From positions 1-56,483 of IMG/VR virus record IMGVR_UViG_3300015259_000006: DNA of 56,483 bases. One strand, written 5' to 3'. Under the pieces are notes generated by a model. It did no database searches, had not been told where the DNA came from, and saw only the letters and a program-made list of their open reading frames with translations. Source of the DNA: a virus. Lineage: Duplodnaviria; Caudoviricetes. This document shows positions 1 through 7,211 of this stretch, in pieces; the stretch's first letter is position 1, and every line of letters begins with the position of its first letter. Made by a program: the position numbers and the translations under genes.

Positions 1-1
1 C

Positions 2-457
2 GATCTCGCCCTTCCCGCCCTGGCCGAGGTCGGGCCCAAGGGCGCCGAGCCGCTCACCGTTCTGGCTCCACTCCTGGACCCAACCGGTGGCCTCGCGGTC
101 GGAGTCGAGGAGCGTCTTCAGCTCGAGGCCGAAGCGTTCCTCCAACTGCGCCGGAGTCGGCAGGGGTTCGGCGGGGGGAGGCGGCGGGGCGGCGGGTGCC
201 GTCACGACTGGAAGCGGCGCAGGGGCGGCCGGCGCGGGGATCGCGGGGGCCGCGGCGGGAGCGGCTGGCTGCGGAGCGACCACGGCCGGTGCGGGGGCGG
301 GCGGCTCCGGTGTCGGTGCGGGGGCGGGAGCGGCATCCGTCTCGGCGACCACGCTGCTCAGACGCTCACGGGCCGCCGACGTCACCGCCGCCAGACTGCC
401 GTCGGTGCCGGATCCGCCGGGACCTGGAGCCGGTGCGGCGGGTGTCGATGAGGCCAC
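2..457 (-). CDS. Probable capsid scaffolding protein, N-terminal part (runs off the left edge)
   Basis: GTG at 457 after GGGGAG RBS; frame open to the edge; Pro/Ala-rich start (MASSTPAAPAPG...PAQLEERFGLELK). Function inferred from position after the portal and from composition only. Confidence 0.5.
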   Translation of the reverse strand, partial: MASSTPAAPAPGPGGSGTDGSLAAVTSAARERLSSVVAETDAAPAPAPTPEPPAPAPAVVAPQPAAPAAAPAIPAPAAPAPLPVVTAPAAPPPPPAEPLPTPAQLEERFGLELKTLLDSDREATGWVQEWSQNGERLGALGPDLGQGGKGEI

Positions 458-470
458 TTGTGATCTCCCC

Positions 471-535
471 AAAAAGCAAAAGGCACCGACTCTCCGCAGG
501 GAAGATCCCCGCGAAAGAGCGGTGCCGTTTTTCGG
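471..535 (-). terminator. Intrinsic terminator-like hairpin with an overlapping alternative small hairpin
   Basis: Minus strand: GGCACCG...CGGTGCC stem (526-482) with inner pairing, followed by TTTTGCTTTTT. Upstream CCG-AAAAA-CGG (535-525) shares GG with the stem. Confidence 0.6.
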
Positions 536-554
536 TCTACCGCTGGCCGGATTC

Positions 555-749
555 CTACTGCGTCGGTCTCATTCCGTTCCCCTCGGTGACGGATGCGTCA
601 CGTCTGACGCTGATCTTCCCCCCGCCGACGTGGACTGTCAAGCGTAAAGCCTTTGGTTGCATGGCGAGCGGTCTCAGCCTCTCCATGACCCAGACGCACA
701 GCGCCTCGTCTCCGGCCAGCGCTGCAGCGACCAGGTCAGCGACGTTCAC
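555..749 (-). CDS. Small protein (64 aa), weakly YezD/DUF2292-like
   Basis: GTGA overlap with upstream gene; LRLTVHVGGGKISVRR resembles the beta-hairpin pattern of that family (by eye). Confidence 0.4.
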   Translation of the reverse strand: MNVADLVAAALAGDEALCVWVMERLRPLAMQPKALRLTVHVGGGKISVRRDASVTEGNGMRPTQ

Positions 750-1018
750 GGAATCCGAGCTGCCTGCTTCTGGCCCTCGGCCCTGTCCTTCGACTCCACC
801 CTCTTCTTCCTCCACGAGGCGAAGTCGAGTTCGTGCTGCTTCCTCTGGGCGGCGAAGGAGAGGTTCTTCTCCTTCTTGAAGTCGTCCCAGTCCCGCTTGT
901 CGTTCACCTCGGCGGTGGTGGGGAAGGCCTTCCCCGACTGGGTGCCGACGAAGTTGCCCTTTCGAGCATCGGCTGAGGTCTGGGGCTTGTATGTGGGTCT
1001 GGTCTCGGACTCGGCCAT
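746..1018 (-). CDS. Hypothetical basic protein
   Basis: ATG at 1018 after purine-rich AGGAGAAAGAGGGAG; phage-like codon usage. Confidence 0.65.
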   Translation of the reverse strand: MAESETRPTYKPQTSADARKGNFVGTQSGKAFPTTAEVNDKRDWDDFKKEKNLSFAAQRKQHELDFASWRKKRVESKDRAEGQKQAARIP

Positions 1019-1068
1019 GGTCGTCTCCCTCTTTCTCCTCCGATTGTAGGTCGTCGTCAGGATCCCGT

Positions 1069-1209
1069 TCATCCGAGGTCCCTCACCGTGCGGGCCCGGG
1101 ACTCCTGGATCTTGTCCTGTCGCTTCTGGGCCAGGGCCGCACGCGCGATCGCGCGCTCTTCGACCTGGCGTTGCCGGTCCTTCGCCCGCCTCCGCTTGCT
1201 CCTGGGCAA
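1069..1209 (-). CDS. Small Arg-rich hypothetical protein (46 aa)
   Basis: TTG start after GAGGAGGAG; MPRSKRRRAKDRQRQVEERAIAR... Confidence 0.5.
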   Translation of the reverse strand: MPRSKRRRAKDRQRQVEERAIARAALAQKRQDKIQESRARTVRDLG

Positions 1210-1224
1210 CAGCTCCTCCTCAGC

Positions 1225-1386
1225 TCAGTCGATCCGTCCCCTGCCGATGGCCCCAAACAGGACCAGCACGATGACGACGACGAGCAGGACGTGGACCCCG
1301 TTGCCGTGGAGCACCGGGACCGACACCCCACCGAGGGCACCGAGGAGCCAGAGGATGACCAGGATCACGATGACCGTGTGCAGCAT
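1225..1386 (-). CDS. Lmo0937/DUF5670-like small two-TM membrane protein (53 aa)
   Basis: MLHTVIVILVILWLLGALGG...GVHVLLVVVIVLVLFG; GAGGGAG RBS; below the ORF-track length cutoff. Confidence 0.7.
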   Translation of the reverse strand: MLHTVIVILVILWLLGALGGVSVPVLHGNGVHVLLVVVIVLVLFGAIGRGRID

Positions 1387-1393
1387 GGCTCCC

Positions 1394-1672
1394 TCACTTC
1401 CCTTCCGCGGCGGTGCCAGTCAGCCCGTTACGCAGCGCCGTAGACGCGGCGAGCATTTCCGCACGCTTCTCCGAGGAGTTGAGCGCCTGCATGAGGAGTG
1501 CCTTCTCCTTCTCCAGCGCCTCGATCTTCCCGAGGTACTCCGTCTCGCGGCTGTTGACGTGACCCACGATGACGTCGGCCTTCGCGCTGACCGCTTGCAG
1601 CTTGATCGCCGTGATGATGTTCACCGCGACGATACCCAGCGCCACAACCAGGGACGCCCAGTCGTTGTTCAC
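1394..1672 (-). CDS. Membrane-anchored coiled-coil protein (holin/spanin-like candidate)
   Basis: MNNDWASLVVALGIVAVNII TM helix then coiled coil; GTGA overlap. Confidence 0.55.
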   Translation of the reverse strand: MNNDWASLVVALGIVAVNIITAIKLQAVSAKADVIVGHVNSRETEYLGKIEALEKEKALLMQALNSSEKRAEMLAASTALRNGLTGTAAEGK

Positions 1673-2007
1673 TTGTCCACCCTCTGCCCAAGAGCCTGCT
1701 GAAGAAGTGCCTTGATCTCGCGCATTTCCCCGTTCGGCATCGTCGCCTCGACGCGCGCGATCCGCTCGCCCTGGCTCTTGAACTCCCGCAGCATCTCCGC
1801 GTGATTCCCTCGGAGCTCCTGCGCGAGCGCCCCTACGCTGGGCCACAACTCGGCCTCTTCGCGCCGCACGTGCGCCCGGAACATCATCGTTTCCTTGTGC
1901 CGGTCGCGCGCGAACTTGAGGAGGCCCATCAGCAGCGCCAGAGTGAGCCCGCACCAGAACGTCGTCCAGTGCGGGTCTGTGCGGTAGAGTTCACGGAGCC
2001 ACTCCAC
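1669..2007 (-). CDS. Membrane-anchored coiled-coil protein (lysis-cluster candidate)
   Basis: One N-terminal TM (WTTFWCGLTLALLMGLL) then coiled coil (QGERIARVEAT). Confidence 0.55.
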   Translation of the reverse strand: MEWLRELYRTDPHWTTFWCGLTLALLMGLLKFARDRHKETMMFRAHVRREEAELWPSVGALAQELRGNHAEMLREFKSQGERIARVEATMPNGEMREIKALLQQALGQRVDK

Positions 2008-2013
2008 ACGTTT

Positions 2014-2841
2014 CTACCTGACCGGAAGCGGCGACAGCTTCGGTGCCGGCGACGGCGTCGGCTCCGCGACCACACGCGCCACGACAGGCTCGACCTTGGC
2101 CGGGGTCGAAGCCTTGTCGGTCATGGTGAGCACCACTGGCGTCTTCGTGGCGGAAGCCAGCGTGCCGTCAGCCACTGCGGCCTTGACCACTCCGACGGGG
2201 CCGTTGAGTTCGGATGCTGTCGCGCCGGCCTTCCACTGCGCCCGCATCTTCCACAGCGCGTGAGCCGCCGCCCAGATGGCGAACAGCATCGGCACGATCT
2301 GCGTAGCCAGGCCCTTCGCCCCCTCGATCATTTCGGGGTTGGTCCAGCCGGTGGCGCGGAGGATCACGTCCAGCCACGCGCTCACGTCCTGCCCTGTCAC
2401 GAGGGCGACGAGGCCCGAGACGATGAATCCGAGCACGACGAGTAACCGCTTGTTGCCGTCCATGAGCTTGAGCACCGCCGACCCTCCCTTTCTCGCGTTG
2501 TCCACCTTGCCCCTGAGCCAGCGCGTCCCAAGGCTTCGCAGGGCACGGTCAATCAGCGACATCTCACCGGCCCACCAGACGGCGTCCACGATGACGGCCA
2601 CCACAGGCACCGCACTGAGCAGCCACCAGGGCGAGGCTTCGTAGACCAGATGGGCGCCGACCGCTGCCAGGAACGCGGCGAGCACGCTGCGCTTCCACCC
2701 GGTGTCGAACCACTTCCACACGTTGCGCGACAAAGTCAGGGCGTGCGTGCTTCCCCGCTCCCTGACCGCGGCCACCACGTCGAGCAGGAGGAAGCCCAGC
2801 CACCCCACCCACGCGAGAGTCCAGCCCGAGGGGCGCTTCAC
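2014..2841 (-). CDS. Multi-pass membrane protein, holin-like C-terminal half
   Basis: Start taken at GTG 2841 (GTGA overlap); several hydrophobic helices; MDGNKRLLVVLGFIV resembles holin N-termini. Confidence 0.5.
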   Translation of the reverse strand: MKRPSGWTLAWVGWLGFLLLDVVAAVRERGSTHALTLSRNVWKWFDTGWKRSVLAAFLAAVGAHLVYEASPWWLLSAVPVVAVIVDAVWWAGEMSLIDRALRSLGTRWLRGKVDNARKGGSAVLKLMDGNKRLLVVLGFIVSGLVALVTGQDVSAWLDVILRATGWTNPEMIEGAKGLATQIVPMLFAIWAAAHALWKMRAQWKAGATASELNGPVGVVKAAVADGTLASATKTPVVLTMTDKASTPAKVEPVVARVVAEPTPSPAPKLSPLPVR

Positions 2842-3092
2842 GATCCACCGCGCTGCCCCCACGATCCCCCAGCAGAACCCGACGTATCGCTCGGCAAGGA
2901 CACGGCTCCTATCGCCAGCTGAAGATACTGGCGGCACATCTCGAAGTGGTCCGGGCCGGCTGGACCCGTGAAGCGCACTTCGACGGTGATTCCTCCCGGC
3001 AAGGGCCAGCAGTAGGTGTGCTCCGGCAGGAAATGCAGCCTGCGGACGATTTCTCTTGATCCAATGAGCGTGTACGGGACATCTTGGCTCAC
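2838..3092 (-). CDS. Hypothetical protein
   Basis: GGGGAGGGGAAGCC-GTGA junction; MSQDVPYTLIG... Confidence 0.55.
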   Translation of the reverse strand: MSQDVPYTLIGSREIVRRLHFLPEHTYCWPLPGGITVEVRFTGPAGPDHFEMCRQYLQLAIGAVSLPSDTSGSAGGSWGQRGGS

Positions 3093-3799
3093 GGCTTCCC
3101 CTCCCCCGCTTCGGGCTGCTCGGCTGGCGCGGTGTCGCGCAGGGCAGCACCCCACGGGTGCGACTCCTCGTAAGCCTCTTGGATTGACTCGAAGGCTGCC
3201 CGTCGCACGTCGAGCTGCGCGTCCGATTCGAGCGCATCCATGACGGCGGGCAGGAGCGCATGCATCTCCCGCAGCGCCGCCTCGGCCTGCTGCGCTCTCT
3301 CCTGCTGCCCCTCGCAGTTGGACACGCACGCTTCCAGCATCGACTCGGCCTTGTCAGCCCTGCGCTCCTGCGCGTCGCAGCAGCTCGCCTTCTCGATTTC
3401 CTGGCGCTCCCACCGCGCAACCTGGGCCTTGAGCCGCTCCACCTCGCCAGTGAGCGCGGGGACGGCCGCGTGGCTGCGCTCCACCTCGGCCCGCAGCTCG
3501 TCACGCTCGGCCACGGCTTGCTCTAACCGAAGCGCCATCTGCTCCTGATCGTCGTAGCGAATCTCGACGCCCCAGCGGTTGAACTGTTCGCGGCGCTTCA
3601 GCTTCAGCGCGTCACGCTCGGCCAGGAGCGCCCTCATTGCCCTCTCGGCCTCCTCGGCGGCGGCCTTCCACGCTTCCGCCCGTTCGTCTGGGCAGGGCCA
3701 CGGCAACCCGCACGCGCACTCTGGCGGGAACAGCCCGTCGCGCTGCCGATGCACTACGTCTCCCCACTGTCGCGGCGGATACCGGACCGTCTCGCTCAC
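3089..3799 (-). CDS. Coiled-coil hypothetical protein with CxC...WPC motif
   Basis: GTG 3799 with RBS; CACGLPWPC followed by long Ala/Glu/Arg heptads. Confidence 0.65.
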   Translation of the reverse strand: MSETVRYPPRQWGDVVHRQRDGLFPPECACGLPWPCPDERAEAWKAAAEEAERAMRALLAERDALKLKRREQFNRWGVEIRYDDQEQMALRLEQAVAERDELRAEVERSHAAVPALTGEVERLKAQVARWERQEIEKASCCDAQERRADKAESMLEACVSNCEGQQERAQQAEAALREMHALLPAVMDALESDAQLDVRRAAFESIQEAYEESHPWGAALRDTAPAEQPEAGEGKP

Positions 3800-3969
3800 G
3801 GCCTCCCCCTCCCCTCCTGAGGATGATCCAGCCACGCCAGCACGCGCTCCTCAATCTCCTGCAACAGCACCGCCGCGAGATAGATCCGGCCCTCGTGCTT
3901 CTCCGCATTCACCAAGCGCCAGAATCCCTTGGACCCTGGCCCGGAGTAGTGGCGCGGCAGCTTCTTCAC
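3796..3969 (-). CDS. Small hypothetical protein (57 aa)
   Basis: MKKLPRHYSGPGSKGFWRLVN...; GTGA overlaps at both ends. Confidence 0.6.
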   Translation of the reverse strand: MKKLPRHYSGPGSKGFWRLVNAEKHEGRIYLAAVLLQEIEERVLAWLDHPQEGRGRP

Positions 3970-4175
3970 GGCTTCCCCCTCCCCAGCACCTTCTGCTCCG
4001 TCCGCACTTCCAAGAGCTTGCTGTCCTCGATCTGGCCAGCATCCGTGAGGACTACCCGCGTCCCACCTTCTCCCCCGAGGAGGTCCTCGCCGCGAATCAC
4101 GTACTGGACGATCGCGAGGTCCAGCCTGCCGTCCCTGTAGAAGCGCACCCAGTCGCCCGGCTTCACTTTGAGCAC
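3966..4175 (-). CDS. Small SH3/KOW-like hypothetical protein
   Basis: MLKVKPGDWVRFYRDGRLDLAIVQYVI. Confidence 0.55.
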   Translation of the reverse strand: MLKVKPGDWVRFYRDGRLDLAIVQYVIRGEDLLGGEGGTRVVLTDAGQIEDSKLLEVRTEQKVLGRGKP

Positions 4176-4330
4176 GCCGCCCCCTTCCCCGTCGGCACCC
4201 GGCGCGCGTCCTCCGGGCTGTGGCGCTCGTAAGTCCTCAGCCGGGCGCGGCTCCCTCTGGGTCGGCGGCAGTAGACCACGCCCGCCCAGATCGCCAAGCA
4301 CGCCGCGAGAGTCCCGACTACGCAGAGCAT
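4163..4330 (-). CDS. Small membrane protein (55 aa)
   Basis: MLCVVGTLAACLAIWAGVVYC; fills the gap between coupled genes. Confidence 0.4.
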   Translation of the reverse strand: MLCVVGTLAACLAIWAGVVYCRRPRGSRARLRTYERHSPEDARRVPTGKGAACSK

Positions 4331-4761
4331 GTGACCCTTTTCCTCGGTGGCCGGCGCGTGCAGTTGGCCCCCGAGTGCATCTCCTCGTGGTTGTCGAATG
4401 GAAGGCCGTACACGTAGCAGAAGTTGCGCTTCCCCTTCGACAGCACCCGGCGCGTCCAGCCGGCGGGCGTCTGCTCCTCAATCGCCACCACGTCGAGCCC
4501 GACGAGGCGCGTCAGGTCACGCGAGGCGAGGAGGATCGAGATGCGAAGGTTCCGCTTCAGCTTGGGCCGCTTGGTTCCCGTCCCCGGCACGGCCCATGGA
4601 CTGTCCAGCCCCACCGCCCACGGCGGAACCTCGTCCGTCCCGCGAGTGCCAGCATGGCGTCCTTCCGCGTACTCGTTCCAAGCGTTCAACTGGGAGGCCG
4701 GGACTATGTAGAAGCGGTCGTAGCCGTCGTCCACGACGCGGTACACCGGCTGGCTCTTCAT
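4318..4761 (-). CDS. Hypothetical protein
   Basis: ATGA overlap; MKSQPVYRVVDDGYDRFYIVP... Confidence 0.6.
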   Translation of the reverse strand: MKSQPVYRVVDDGYDRFYIVPASQLNAWNEYAEGRHAGTRGTDEVPPWAVGLDSPWAVPGTGTKRPKLKRNLRISILLASRDLTRLVGLDVVAIEEQTPAGWTRRVLSKGKRNFCYVYGLPFDNHEEMHSGANCTRRPPRKRVTCSA

Positions 4762-4856
4762 CGGTGCTCTCCAGACCTGAGAAACGCCCGAGCGACCACA
4801 ACGACGATCAGGAGCACACCGACGCCCACGATGCCGAGCAGCACCCAACAGATCAT
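4758..4856 (-). CDS. Tiny membrane protein
   Basis: MICWVLLGIVGVGVLLIVVVVAR; ATGA overlaps. Confidence 0.5.
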   Translation of the reverse strand: MICWVLLGIVGVGVLLIVVVVARAFLRSGEHR

Positions 4857-5011
4857 CGCGGCGACCACTTCCCGCCCCACGACACCTTGGCGGATCGCTC
4901 TCGGCTGCATCGCGGGCACGTCTCCGTCGTCCCGCCCTTCCCGTCCGGGTGGTAGGTCGCAAGGTGCCCGAAGATCCAGCAATACAGGCCCTCAACAAGC
5001 GGGCGCCTCAT
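4853..5011 (-). CDS. DUF1660-like small Zn-binding phage protein (52 aa)
   Basis: LYCWIFGH...TCPRC pattern; ATGA overlaps. Confidence 0.55.
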   Translation of the reverse strand: MRRPLVEGLYCWIFGHLATYHPDGKGGTTETCPRCSRERSAKVSWGGKWSPR

Positions 5012-5151
5012 CGCAGCGCCTCGTTGATGTGCCCGGAGATCCAGAGCAGCTTGGCAAACAGCTTCTCCGGGGTCAGGTCGTCGCGGGTCATCTCGGCGCG
5101 GTCGCGGACCTTGAGCAAGAGCGCCAGGAGCTGCTTTGGAGTGCGCTTCAT
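5008..5151 (-). CDS. Small helical hypothetical protein
   Basis: MKRTPKQLLALLLKVRDRAE...; RBS and ATGA overlaps. Confidence 0.55.
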   Translation of the reverse strand: MKRTPKQLLALLLKVRDRAEMTRDDLTPEKLFAKLLWISGHINEALR

Positions 5152-5633
5152 CGCGGGCACCCCTCCCCCGCCACGAGCAGCCGGGCGCAGGCGTCGGCCC
5201 GGTCCTCCGCAGCCTTGCCGCCCGAGTGCTGGTCCCGGTAGAAAGCGTGGGCGACCTCGTGCGCCGCGAGCAGGCTCGCCCACTCCTGCGAGCGCTCTTG
5301 GATGATGGGCCGGTAGTACTCGATCCGGCCGCCGACCCAGCGACCGCTCGCCGGCACCTTCTCGCCGTCGTGCTCGGGCTTGGACGCGGGGACCATGAAA
5401 GCGCGTGTCGTGATCACGCCCTGCACCTTGACGCCGAGGCGGGCTGAGAATCGCGCGGTCTCGGCCAGGACGTGATGCTCGAGCGGGTGGCTTGGCGCAG
5501 CGGTGGGCATCCGGTGCAGCGCGCAGCCGGCGAGCAGGAGCAGGATGCCGAGAAAGGTGAGGGACGGCGGCACGCGATCGTCCGTCCGCCGCGAGTATTC
5601 TCCCCGCCGCCCCTCTTTGGTGATCTCGTTCAC
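5148..5633 (-). CDS. Lipoprotein with zincin metallopeptidase motif
   Basis: Lipobox LLAGC; AAHEVAH (HExxH) and downstream AEDRAD. Confidence 0.7.
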   Translation of the reverse strand: MNEITKEGRRGEYSRRTDDRVPPSLTFLGILLLLAGCALHRMPTAAPSHPLEHHVLAETARFSARLGVKVQGVITTRAFMVPASKPEHDGEKVPASGRWVGGRIEYYRPIIQERSQEWASLLAAHEVAHAFYRDQHSGGKAAEDRADACARLLVAGEGCPR

Positions 5634-5887
5634 TGGAACCTCTCGTACCGATACACCTGCCGGCTGTCACAGACTCCAGCGTGGACGTAGCACGACCGCC
5701 CGCTACGCAGAACAGGCGGCCATGGGCAGGCGTGGACCGTCTCCCAGTTCATGTCCCGAGACTTGTTGCCGGGGGCGCGGCACGTTACGTCGTAGTGCTC
5801 GGCGCAGACCGGGACCAGCGTCGGAGGCAGGCGGTAGCAGCCGGCGAGCAGGAGCAGGCCGAGCAGGAGAAACAGGGGGAGCCTCAT
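5630..5887 (-). CDS. Small Cys-rich lipoprotein
   Basis: MRLPLFLLLGLLLLAGC lipobox. Confidence 0.7.
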   Translation of the reverse strand: MRLPLFLLLGLLLLAGCYRLPPTLVPVCAEHYDVTCRAPGNKSRDMNWETVHACPWPPVLRSGRSCYVHAGVCDSRQVYRYERFQ

Positions 5888-6357
5888 CGGCCGTCCCCGT
5901 CTTCCATCGCCAGTAGCCGCGCCGCGTCCTGCTCGGGGACGCTCGCGTCGAGGATATCGCCGATACAGGGGTGCGCTGCGGGCTGGTAGTAGTCCGCCCC
6001 GCCGTAGCCGCAGATGTCGCACGGGGACAGAGACACGCCGCGCCGAAGGAGGACTCCGCGTAGAGTCGTCTTGAGCCGCCCCACCTCGGCGATCGCAGAC
6101 ATCATCACCGTATGAGGCGTCTCTGGGCGTGCGTGGTCTCCGAGGCCGAGCGCGCGAAGCAGCGCAGCCAAGTCGTCCTGCATGACCGACTGAACAGCGG
6201 CCGACTCCCCCGCCACTCGCGTAAGGAGATCCTCCAAATCGTCCTGGAACTTGCCGTTCCGAGTCGTCGTCCCGATGAATCCGTGATCGAGCATGAAAAA
6301 GCCAGCCTGCTCTCTGCGGCTCATCGGCGCCACCGTCTGCCTGGGATTGGGTTTCAT
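5884..6357 (-). CDS. Hypothetical protein with CxxC
   Basis: ATGA overlap; PCDICGYGG...HPC. Confidence 0.6.
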   Translation of the reverse strand: MKPNPRQTVAPMSRREQAGFFMLDHGFIGTTTRNGKFQDDLEDLLTRVAGESAAVQSVMQDDLAALLRALGLGDHARPETPHTVMMSAIAEVGRLKTTLRGVLLRRGVSLSPCDICGYGGADYYQPAAHPCIGDILDASVPEQDAARLLAMEDGDGR

Positions 6358-6533
6358 CGCGCTGGCCTCAGCCACTCCTGGGCGCGCGCGAGCCAGTCGT
6401 CCGCACGGTTGCCGGGCGATACTTGACAGTCGCGTAGATCCTCAAGGCAATCCTTCGCCTCGACGAGCAGGCGCGTGGCCTCGGCGATCTGCGTCCGCAG
6501 CCTCAGCACTTCGAGCGTAGGACCGCGCTTCAC
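6354..6533 (-). CDS. Small helical hypothetical protein
   Basis: GTGA/ATGA overlaps; MKRGPTLEVLRLRTQIAEATRLL. Confidence 0.5.
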   Translation of the reverse strand: MKRGPTLEVLRLRTQIAEATRLLVEAKDCLEDLRDCQVSPGNRADDWLARAQEWLRPAR

Positions 6534-6844
6534 TTTCCGCTCCACTTGATCCCCACCTTGCCGCCCCAGCTCCGGTCGGTGTCCCACGACACGCCCCCGA
6601 GCAGCGACCAGCCGGCCGAGAGGCGCACCGCCCCGACCACGGCGACGCCGCGCTGGTCGAAGCCGACCTCGAGCTCGGCCGCCTTGCGGTCGGCGGGGAG
6701 CCCGGCGAACAGCCTGTCGATCTGCTCTTGGAGCTGCGGGTCCGCGAACCTGCGAACCGTCTCTGCCGGAATGATCCCGAGGAACCGCCCAGGCTTCGCG
6801 TAGACCGTGACGATCTTGTAGAGGTCCGGCGAGATGACGCTCAT
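6530..6844 (-). CDS. Hypothetical protein with amphipathic beta-strand C-terminus
   Basis: ELEVGF, VAVVGAVRL, WSLLGGVSW, WGGKVGIKW alternating strands. Confidence 0.65.
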   Translation of the reverse strand: MSVISPDLYKIVTVYAKPGRFLGIIPAETVRRFADPQLQEQIDRLFAGLPADRKAAELEVGFDQRGVAVVGAVRLSAGWSLLGGVSWDTDRSWGGKVGIKWSGK

Positions 6845-7209
6845 GGCGTCGCCTGACTTCCTTTCGGAACCGCGAAGAACGGCAGCACGTAGAACCCCAT
6901 TTCGCCATCAACAAAGCGGAGCGGGCGCGTGGGGAGGCCCCGCTCGTCCTCTCCGTTGAGCAGCAAGACGAACCGGCGGCGCTGGCCCTCGTCCAGGTGC
7001 TGGAAGTAGAACTTCGCGAAGCGGCCTAGCCCCTCGACGTAGACCTTGTAGGACTTGTCGGTCGTCCCGAGGCTGACGTCCCCCGCTTCGAGGTGGGCCA
7101 TGAAGAGATCGGGGTTGAGGCTCCCGCAGTAGGAGCACGTCTGGTCGTCGCGCCAGGCGTCCTCGCCGTCCTTGCGCTGGCCGATCTCGTCGCGGCGTGG
7201 ACACCTCAT
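6841..7209 (-). CDS. Conserved-looking phage hypothetical protein
   Basis: MRCPRR...TCSYCGSLNP...TDKSYKVY...KFYFQHL...FYVLPFF. Confidence 0.7.
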   Translation of the reverse strand: MRCPRRDEIGQRKDGEDAWRDDQTCSYCGSLNPDLFMAHLEAGDVSLGTTDKSYKVYVEGLGRFAKFYFQHLDEGQRRRFVLLLNGEDERGLPTRPLRFVDGEMGFYVLPFFAVPKGSQATP

Positions 7210-7211
7210 GG

